Shown: in pieces, positions 1 through 10,600 of the stretch
Layout of the letters: each line of letters begins with the position of its first letter
How positions within the stretch are numbered: the stretch's first letter is position 1
Assembly (NCBI GenBank): GCA_964016885.1
Contig: OZ024742.1
Coordinates: forward strand, 166,346,001-166,410,000
Direction: 5' to 3'
DNA: 64,000 bases
Source of the DNA: Eledone cirrhosa
Taxonomy: Eukaryota
Program-made: the position numbers and the translations under genes
The notes under the pieces: model-generated
Databases searched by the model: none
What the model saw: the letters and a program-made list of their open reading frames with translations, nothing else
Told to the model about the DNA's origin: nothing

Positions 1-1130
1 AATTTGTAAAAAAAAATCAGGGGGAGATAATTTGTAAAAAAAATCAGGGGGAGATAATTTGTAAAAAAAATCAAGGGGAGATAATTTCCAGCCGTCCAAG
101 GGGAGATAATTTTCAGCCGTCCAAGGGGAGATAATTTCCCGCCAGCCAAGGGAAGATAATATTTAAAAAATGAGGCGGAGATAATTTGTAAAAAAATCAA
201 GGGGAGATAATTTCCAGCTGTCCAAGGGGAGGTAATATCTAGCCGTCCAAGGGGAGATAATTTCCAGCCGTCCAAGGGGAGATAATTTCCAGCCGTCCAA
301 GGGTAGATAATATCCAGCCGTCCAAGGAGACATATTTTCCAGCCGTCCAAGGAGAGGTAATTTCTAGCCGTCCAAGGGGAGATAATTTCCAGCCGTCCAA
401 GGGGAGATAATTTAAAAAAAAATCAGGCGGAGATAATTTGTAAAAAAAATCAAGGGGAGATAATTTGCAACCGTCCAAGGGGACATAATTTTCAGTCGTC
501 CAAGGAGAGGTAATTTCTAGCCGTACAAGGGGAGATAATTTCCAGCCGTCCAAGGGGAGATAATTTCCAGCCGTCCAAGGGGAGATAATTTTTTTTTAAA
601 AATCAGGCGGAGATAATTTGTAAAAAAAAAATCAGGGGGAGATAATTTGTAAAAAAAAATCAGGGGGAGATAATTTGTAAAAAAAAATCAGGGGGAGATA
701 ATTTGTAAAAAAAATCAAGGGGAGATAATTTCCAGCCGTCCAAGGGAAGATAATTTCCAGCCCTCCAAGGGGCTATGATTTCCAGCGTCCAAGGGGAGAT
801 AATTTCCAGCCAGCGAAGGGGAGATAATTGTTTTAAAAAAATCATTGGGAGATTTGTAAAAAAAATCAGGGGGAGATAATTAATAAAAAAAATCAAGGGG
901 AGATAATTTCCAGCCGTCCAAGGGGAGGTAATATCTAGCCGTCCAAGGGGAGATAATTTCCAGCCGTCCAAGGGGAGATAATTTCCAGCCGTCCAAGGGT
1001 AGATAATATCCAGCCGTCCAAGGAGACATATTTTCCCGCCGTCCAAGGAAAGGTAATTTCTAGCCGTCCAAGGGGAGATAAATTCCAGCCTCCAAGGGGA
1101 GATAATTTCCAGCCAGCCAAGGGGAGATAA
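1..1130 (+). repeat. Terminal part of a rearranged beta-family unit
   Basis: Beta markers AATGAGGCGG (~170), GCAACCGTCC (~467), CAGTCGTCC (~493), CCGTACAAG (~521) and ATCATTGGGAG (~841). Confidence 0.75.
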
Positions 1131-1915
1131 TTTGTAAAAAAATCAGGGGGAGATAATTTGTAAAAAAAATCAGGGGTAGATAATTTGTAAAAAAAAATCA
1201 GGGGGAGATAATTTGTAAAAAAAAATCAGGGGGAGATAATTTGTAAAAAAAATCAAGGGGAGATAATTTCCAGCCGTCCAAGGAGAGATAATTTAAAAAA
1301 AAAATCAGGCGGAGATAATTTGTAAAAAAAAATCAGGGGGAGATAATTTGGAAAAAAAAATCAGGGGGAGATAATTTGTAAAAAAAATCAAGGGGAGATA
1401 ATTTCCAGCCGTCCAAGGGGAGATAATTTCCAGCCGTCCAAGGGGAGATAATTTTTTAAAAAAAATCAGGCGGAGATAATTTGTAAAAAAAATCAGGGAG
1501 AGATAATTTGTAAAAAAAAATCAGGGGGAGATAATTTGTAAAAAAAAATCAGGGGGAGATAATTTCCAGCCGTCCAAGGTAAGATAATTTCCAGCCCTCC
1601 AAGGGGCTATAATTTCCAGCCGTCCAAGGGTAGATAATATCCAGCCGTCCAAGTAGACATATTTTCCAGCCGTTCAAGGAGAGGTAATTTCTAGCCGTCC
1701 AAGGGGAGATAAATTCCAGCCTCCAAGGGGAGATAATTTCCAGCCAGCCAAGGGGAGATAATTTGTAAAAAAATCAGGGGGAGATAATTTGTAAAAAAAA
1801 TCAGGGGGAGATAATTTGTAAAAAAAAATCAGGGGGAGATAATTTGTAAAAAAAAATCAGGGGGAGATAATTTGTAAAAAAAAATCAGGGGGAGATAATT
1901 TGTAAAAAAAATCAA

Positions 1916-2090
1916 GGGGAGATAATTTCCAGCCGTCCAAGGGGAGATAATTTTCAGCCGTCCAAGGGGAGATAATTTCCAGCCGTCCAAGGGGAGATAA
2001 TTTCCATCCTTCCAAGGGGAGATAATTTCCAGCCGTCCAAGGGGAGATAATTTTCAGCCGTCCAAGGGGAGATAATTTCCCGCCAGCCAA
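1916..2090 (+). repeat. Representative run of type A monomers (25 bp, GGGGAGATAATTTCCAGCCGTCCAA)
   Basis: Seven consecutive 25 bp units, with variants TTTTCAGCC, CCATCCTTCC and a terminal CCCGCCAGCC. The same cassette recurs near 5825, 9981, 12999, 25697, 30390, 43088, 47781, 51800 and 60566, matching the repeated 77 aa ORF in the track. Confidence 0.95.
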
Positions 2091-5000
2091 GGGAAGATAA
2101 TATTTTAAAAAATCAGGCGGAGATAATTTGTAAAAAAAATCAGGGGGAGATAATTTGTAAAAAAATCAGGGGGAGATAATTTGTAAAAAAAAAATCAGGG
2201 GGAGATAATTTGTAAAAAAAATCAGGGGGAGATAATTTGTAAAAAAAAATCAGGGGTAGATAATTTGTAAAAAAAAATCAGGGGGAGATAATTTGTAAAA
2301 AAAAATCAGGGGGAGATAATTTGTAAAAAAAATCAGGGGGAGATAATTTGTAAAAAAAAATCAGGGGGAGATAATTTCCGGCCGTCCAAGGGGAGATAAT
2401 TTTCAGCCGTCCAAGGGGAGATAATTTCCCGCCAGCCAAGGGAAGATAATATTTAAAAAAATCAGGCGGAGATAATTTTTAAAAAAAATCAGAGGGAGAT
2501 AATTTGTAAAAAAATCAGGGGGAGATAATTTGTAAAAAAAATCAAGGGGAGATAATTTCCAGCCGTCCAAGGGGAGGTAATATCTAGCCGTCCAAGGGGA
2601 GATAATTTCCAGCCGTCCAAGTGGAGATAATTTCCAGCCGTCCAAGGGTAGATAATATCCAGCCGTCCAAGGAGACATATTTTCCAGCCGTCCAAGGAGA
2701 GGTAATTTCTAGCCGTCCAAGGGGAGATAAATTCCAGCCTCCAAGGGGAGATAATTTCCAGCCAGCCAAGGGGAGATAATTTGTAAAAAAAATCAGGGGG
2801 AGATAATTTGTAAAAAAAATCAGGGGGAGATAATTTTTAAAAAAATCAGGGGGAGATAATTTGTAAAAAAAAATCAGGGGGTGATAATTTGTAAAAAAAA
2901 ATCAGGGGGAGATAATTTGTAAAAAAAATCAAGGGGAGATAATTTCCAGCCGTCGAAGGGAAGATAATTTCCAGCCCTCCAAGGGGCTATAATTTCCAGC
3001 GTCCAAGGGGAGATAATTTCCAGCCGTCCAAGGGGAGATAATTTCCAGCCGTCCAAGGGTAGATAATATCCAGCCGTCCAAGTAGACATTTTCCAGCCGT
3101 CCAAGGAGAGGTAATTTCTAGCCGTCCAAGGGGAGATAAATTCCAGCCTCCAAGGGGAGATAATTTCCAGCCAGCCAAGGGGAGATAATTTGTAAAAAAA
3201 TCAGGGGGAGATAATTTGTAAAAAAAATCAGGGGGAGATAATTTGTAAAAAAAAATCAGGGGGAGATAATTTGTAAAAACAATCAGGGGGAGATAATTTG
3301 TAAAAAAAATCAGGGGGAGATAATTTGTAAAAAAAATCAAGGGGAGATAATTTCCAGCCGTCCAAGGGGAGATAATTTTCAGCCGTCCAAGGGGAGATAA
3401 TTTCCAGCCGTCCAAGGGGAGATAATTTCCATCCTTCCAAGGGGAGATAATTTCCAGCCGTCCAAGGGGAGATAATTTTCAGCCGTCCAAGGGGAGATAA
3501 TTTCCCGCCAGCCAAGGGAAGATAATATTTTAAAAAATCAGGCGGAGATAATTTGTAAAAAAAATCAGGGGGAGATAATTTGTAAAAAAATCAGGGGGAG
3601 ATAATTTGTAAAAAAAAAATCAGGGGGAGATAATTTGTAAAAAAAATCAGGGGGAGATAATTTGTAAAAAAAAATCAGGGGTAGATAATTTGTAAAAAAA
3701 AATCAGGGGGAGATAATTTGTAAAAAAAAAATCAGGGGGAGATAATTTGTAAAAAAAATCAAGGGGAGATAATTTCCAGCCGTCCAAGGAGAGATAATTT
3801 TTAAAAAAAATCAGGCGGAGATAATTTGTAAAAAAAAATCAAGGGGAGATAATTTGTAAAAAAAAATCAAGGGGAGATAATTTGTAAAAAAAATCAAGGG
3901 GAGATAATTTCCAGCCGTCCAAGGGAAGATAATTTCCAGCACTCCAAGGGGCTATAATTTCCAGTGTCCAAGGGGAGATAATTTCCAGCCAGCGAAGGGG
4001 AGATAATTTTTTTAAAAAAATCAGGGGGAGATATGTAAAAAAAATCAGAGGGAGATAATTTCTAAAAAAAATCAAAGGGAGATAATTTCCAGCCGTCCAA
4101 AGAGAGATAATTTCTAGCCGTCCAAGGGGAGATAATTTCCAGCCAAGGGGAGATAATTTCCAGCCGTCCAAGGGGAGATAATTATTTAAAAAATCAGGTG
4201 GAGATAATTTGTAAAAAAAATCAGGGGGAGATAATTTGTAAAAACAAAATCAAGGGCAGATAATTTCCAGCTGTCCAAGGGGAGATAATTTCCAGCCGTG
4301 CAAGGGGAGATAATTTCCAGCCGTCCAAGGGGAGATAATTTCCATCCTTCCAAGGGGAGATAATGTCCAGCCGTCCAAGGGGAGATAATTTCCCGCCAGC
4401 CAAGGGAAGATAATTTTTAAAAAAATCAGGCGGAGATTGTAAAAAAAATCAGGGGGAGATAATTTGTAAAAAAAAAATCAGGGGGAGATAATTTGTAAAA
4501 AAAATCAGGGGTAGATAATTTGTAAAAAAAAATCAGGGGGAGATAATTTGTAAAAAAAAATCAGGGGGAGATAATTTCTAAAAAAATCAAGGGGAGATAA
4601 TATGCAGCCGTCCAAGGGGAGATAATTTTCAGCCGTCCAAGGAGAGGTAATTTCTAGCCGTCCAAGGGGAGATAATTTCCAGCCGTCCAAGGGGAGATAA
4701 TTTCCAGCCGTCCAAGGGGAGATAGTTTTTTTAAAAAAATCAGGCGGAGATAATTTGTAAAAAAAAAATCAGGGGGAGATAATTTGTAAAAAAAAATCAG
4801 GGGGAGATAATTTGTAAAAAAAAATCAGGGGGAGATAATTTGTAAAAAAAATCAGGGGGAGATAATTAGTAAAAAAAAATCAAGGGGAGATAATTTCCAG
4901 CCGTCCAAGGGGAGGTAATATCTAGCCGTCCAAGGGGAGATAATTTCCAGCCGTCCAAGGGGAGATAATTTCCAGCCGTCCAAGGGTAGATAATATCCAG

Positions 5001-7692
5001 CCGTCCAAGTAGACATATTTTCCAGCCGTCCAAGGAGAGGTAATTTCTAGCCGTCCAAGGGGAGATAAATTCCAGCCTCCAAGGGGAGATAATTTACAGC
5101 CAGCCAAGGGGAGATAATTTGTAAAAAAATCAGGGGGAGATAATTTGTAAAAAAAATCAGGGGGAGATAATTTGTAAAAAAAAATCAGGGGGAGATAATT
5201 TGTAAAAAAAATCAAGGGGAGATAATTTGTAAAAAAAAATCAGGGGGAGATAATTTGTAAAAAAAAATCAGGGGGAGATAATTTGTAAAAAAAAATCAGG
5301 GGGAGATAATTTGTAAAAAAAATCAAGGGGAGATAATTTCCAGCCGTCCAAGGAGAGATAATTTAAAAAAAAAATCAGGCGGAGATAATTTGTAAAAAAA
5401 ATCAGGGGGAGATAATTTGTAAAAAAAAATCAGGGGGAGATAATTTGTAAAAAAAAATCAGGGGGAGATAATTTCCAGCCGTCCAAGGTAAGATAATTTC
5501 CAGCCCTCCAAGGGGCTATAATTTCCAGCCGTCCAAGGGTAGATAATATCCAGCCGTCCAAGTAGACATATTTTCCAGCCGTTCAAGGAGAGGTAATTTC
5601 TAGCCGTCCAAGGGGAGATAAATTCCAGCCTCCAAGGGGAGATAATTTCCAGCCAGCCAAGGGGAGATAATTTGTAAAAAAATCAGGGGGAGATAATTTG
5701 TAAAAAAAATCAGGGGGAGATAATTTGTAAAAAAAAATCAGGGGGAGATAATTTGTAAAAAAAAATCAGGGGGAGATAATTTGTAAAAAAAAATCAGGGG
5801 GAGATAATTTGTAAAAAAAATCAAGGGGAGATAATTTCCAGCCGTCGAAGGGGAGATAATTTTCAGCCGTCCAAGGGGAGATAATTTCCAGCCGTCCAAG
5901 GGGAGATAATTTCCATCCTTCCAAGGGGAGATAATTTCCAGCCGTCCAAGGGGAGATAATTTTCAGCCGTCCAAGGGGAGATAATTTCCCGCCAGCCAAG
6001 GGAAGATAATATTTTAAAAAATCAGGCGGAGATAATTTGTAAAAAAAATCAGGGGGAGATAATTTGTAAAAAAATCAGGGGGAGATAATTTGTAAAAAAA
6101 AAATCAGGGGGAGATAATTTGTAAAAAAAATCAGGGGGAGATAATTTGTAAAAAAAAATCAGGGGTAGATAATTTGTAAAAAAAAATCAGGGGGAGATAA
6201 TTTGTAAAAAAAAATCAGGGGGAGATAATTTGTAAAAAAAATCAGGGGGAGATAATTTGTAAAAAAAAATCAGGGGGAGATAATTTCCGGCCGTCCAAGG
6301 GGAGATAATTTTCAGCCGTCCAAGGGGAGATAATTTCCCGCCAGCCAAGGGAAGATAATATTTAAAAAAATCAGGCGGAGATAATTTGTAAAAAAAATCA
6401 GGGGGAGATAATTTGTAAAAAAATCAGGGGGAGATAATTTGTAAAAAAAATCAAGGGGAGATAATTTCCAGCCGTCCAAGGGGAGGTAATATCTAGCCGT
6501 CCAAGGGGAGATAATTTCCAGCCGTCCAAGTGGAGATAATTTCCAGCCGTCCAAGGGTAGATAATATCCAGCCGTCCAAGGAGACATATTTTCCAGCCGT
6601 CCAAGGAGAGGTAATTTCTAGCCGTCCAAGGGGAGATAAATTCCAGCCTCCAAGGGGAGATAATTTCCAGCCAGCCAAGGGGAGATAATTTGTAAAAAAA
6701 ATCAGGGGGAGATAATTTGTAAAAAAAATCAGGGGGAGATAATTTGTAAAAAAATCAGGGGGAGATAATTTGTAAAAAAAAAATCAGGGGGCGATAATTT
6801 GTAAAAAAAATCAGGGGGAGATGATTTGTAAAAAAAAATCAGGGGTAGATAATTTGTAAAAAAAAATCAGGGGGTGATAATTTGTAAAAAAAAATCAGGG
6901 GGAGATAATTTGTAAAAAAAATCAAGGGGAGATAATTTCCAGCCGTCGAAGGGAAGATAATTTCCAGCCCTCCAAGGGGCTATAATTTCCAGCGTCCAAG
7001 GGGAGATAATTTCCAGCCGTCCAAGGGGAGATAATTTCCAGCCGTCCAAGGGTAGATAATATCCAGCCGTCCAAGTAGACATTTTCCAGCCGTCCAAGGA
7101 GAGGTAATTTCTAGCCGTCCAAGGGGAGATAAATTCCAGCCTCCAAGGGGAGATAATTTCCAGCCAGCCAAGGGGAGATAATTTGTAAAAAAATCAGGGG
7201 GAGATAATTTGTAAAAAAAATCAGGGGGAGATAATTTGTAAAAAAAAATCAGGGGGAGATAATTTGTAAAAACAATCAGGGGGAGATAATTTGTAAAAAA
7301 AATCAGGGGGAGATAATTTGTAAAAAAAATCAAGGGGAGATAATTTCCAGCCGTCCAAGGGGAGATAATTTTCAGCCGTCCAAGGGGAGATAATTTCCAG
7401 CCGTCCAAGGGGAGATAATTTCCATCCTTCCAAGGGGAGATAATTTCCAGCCGTCCAAGGGGAGATAATTTCCCGCCAGCCAAGGGAAGATAATATTTTA
7501 AAAAATCAGGCGGAGATAATTTGTAAAAAAAATCAGGGGGAGATAATTTGTAAAAAAATCAGGGGGAGATAATTTGTAAAAAAAAAATCAGGGGGAGATA
7601 ATTTGTAAAAAAAATCAGGGGGAGTTAATTTGTAAAAAAAAATCAGGGGTAGATAATTTGTAAAAAAAAATCAGGGGGAGATAATTTGTAAA

Positions 7693-10600
7693 AAAAAAAT
7701 CAGGGGGAGATAATTTGTAAAAAAAATCAAGGGGAGATAATTTCCAGCCGTCCAAGGAGAGATAATTTTTAAAAAAAATCAGGCGGAGATAATTTGTAAA
7801 AAAAAATCAAGGGGAGATAATTTGTAAAAAAAAATCAAGGGGAGATAATTTGTAAAAAAAATCAAGGGGAGATAATTTCCAGCCGTCCAAGGGAAGATAA
7901 TTTCCAGCACTCCAAGGGGCTATAATTTCCAGTGTCCAAGGGGAGATAATTTCCAGCCAGCGAAGGGGAGATAATTTTTTTAAAAAAATCAGGGGGAGAT
8001 ATGTAAAAAAAATCAGAGGGAGATAATTTCTAAAAAAAATCAAAGGGAGATAATTTCCAGCCGTCCAAAGAGAGATAATTTCTAGCCGTCCAAGGGGAGA
8101 TAATTTCCAGCCAAGGGGAGATAATTTCCAGCCGTCCAAGGGGAGATAATTATTTAAAAAATCAGGTGGAGATAATTTGTAAAAAAAATCAGGGGGAGAT
8201 AATTTGTAAAAACAAAATCAAGGGCAGATAATTTCCAGCTGTCCAAGGGGAGATAATTTCCAGCCGTGCAAGGGGAGATAATTTCCAGCCGTCCAAGGGG
8301 AGATAATTTCCATCCTTCCAAGGGGAGATAATGTCCAGCCGTCCAAGGGGAGATAATTTCCCGCCAGCCAAGGGAAGATAATTTTTAAAAAAATCAGGCG
8401 GAGATTGTAAAAAAAATCAGGGGGAGATAATTTGTAAAAAAAAAATCAGGGGGAGATAATTTGTAAAAAAAATCAGGGGTAGATAATTTGTAAAAAAAAA
8501 TCAGGGGGAGATAATTTGTAAAAAAAAATCAGGGGGAGATAATTTCTAAAAAAATCAAGGGGAGATAATATGCAGCCGTCCAAGGGGAGATAATTTTCAG
8601 CCGTCCAAGGAGAGGTAATTTCTAGCCGTCCAAGGGGAGATAATTTCCAGCCGTCCAAGGGGAGATAATTTCCAGCCGTCCAAGGGGAGATAGTTTTTTT
8701 AAAAAAATCAGGCGGAGATAATTTGTAAAAAAAAAATCAGGGGGAGATAATTTGTAAAAAAAAATCAGGGGGAGATAATTTGTAAAAAAAAATCAGGGGG
8801 AGATAATTTGTAAAAAAAATCAGGGGGAGATAATTAGTAAAAAAAATCAAGGGGAGATAATTTCCAGCCGTCCAAGGGGAGGTAATAGCTAGCCGTCCAA
8901 GGGGAGATAATTTCCAGCCGTCCAAGGGGAGATAATTTCCAGCCGTCCAAGGGTAGATAATATCCAGCCGTCCAAGTAGACATATTTTCCAGCCGTCCAA
9001 GGAGAGGTAATTTCTAGCCGTCCAAGGGGAGATAAATTCCAGCCTCCAAGGGGAGATAATTTCCAGCCAGCCAAGGGGAGATAATTTGTAAAAAAATCAG
9101 GGGGAGATAATTTGTAAAAAAAATCAGGGGGAGATAATTTGTAAAAAAAAATCAGGGGGAGATAATTTGTAAAAAAAAATCAGGGGGAGATAATTTGTAA
9201 AAAAAATCAAGGGGAGATAATTTGTAAAAAAAAATCAGGGGGAGATAATTTGTAAAAAAAAATCAGGGGGAGATAATTTGTAAAAAAAAATCAGGGGGAG
9301 ATAATTTGTAAAAAAAATCAAGGGGAGATAATTTCCAGCCGTCCAAGGAGAGATAATTTAAAAAAAAAATCAGGCGGAGATAATTTGTAAAAAAAAATCA
9401 GGGGGAGATAATTTGTAAAAAAAAATCAGGGGGAGATAATTTGTAAAAAAAATCAAGGGGAGATAATTTCCAGCCGTCCAAGGGGAGATAATTTCCAGCC
9501 GTCCAAGGGGAGATAATTTTTTTAAAAAAATCAGGCGGAGATAATTTGTAAAAAAAATCAGGGGGAGATAATTTGTAAAAAAAAATCAGGGGGAGATAAT
9601 TTGTAAAAAAAAATCAGGGGGAGATAATTTCCAGCCGTCCAAGGTAAGATAATTTCCAGCCCTCCAAGGGGCTATAATTTCCAGCCGTCCAAGGGTAGAT
9701 AATATCCAGCCGTCCAAGTAGACATATTTTCCAGCCGTCCAAGGAGAGGTAATTTCTAGCCGTCCAAGGGGAGATAAATTCCAGCCTCCAAGGGGAGATA
9801 ATTTCCAGCCAGCCAAGGGGAGATAATTTGTAAAAAAATCAGGGGGAGATAATTTGTAAAAAAAATCAGGGGGAGATAATTTGTAAAAAAAAATCAGGGG
9901 GAGATAATTTGTAAAAAAAAATCAGGGGGAGATAATTTGTAAAAAAAAATCAGGGGGAGATAATTTGTAAAAAAAATCAAGGGGAGATAATTTCCAGCCG
10001 TCCAAGGGGAGATAATTTTCAGCCGTCCAAGGGGAGATAATTTCCAGCCGTCCAAGGGGAGATAATTTCCATCCTTCCAAGGGGAGATAATTTCCAGCCG
10101 TCCAAGGGGAGATAATTTTCAGCCGTCCAAGGGGAGATAATTTCCCGCCAGCCAAGGGAAGATAATATTTTAAAAAATCAGGCGGAGATAATTTGTAAAA
10201 AAAATCAGGGGGAGATAATTTGTAAAAAAATCAGGGGGAGATAATTTGTAAAAAAAAAATCAGGGGGAGATAATTTGTAAAAAAAATCAGGGGGAGATAA
10301 TTTGTAAAAAAAAATCAGGGGTAGATAATTTGTAAAAAAAAATCAGGGGGAGATAATTTGTAAAAAAAATCAGGGGGAGATAATTTGTAAAAAAAATCAG
10401 GGGGAGATAATTTGTAAAAAAAAATCAGGGGGAGATAATTTGTAAAAAAAAATCAGGGGTAGATAATTTGTAAAAAAAAATCAGGGGGAGATAATTTGTA
10501 AAAAAAAATCAGGGGGAGATAATTTGTAAAAAAAATCAGGGGGAGATAATTTGTAAAAAAAAATCAGGGGGAGATAATTTCCGGCCGTCCAAGGGGAGAT

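Noticed and set aside
251-275. NF-kB-like or other dimeric regulatory site in GGGGAGATAATTTCC
   Set aside because: The spacing does not fit the 10 bp GGGRNWYYCC consensus, and no gene is present to regulate.
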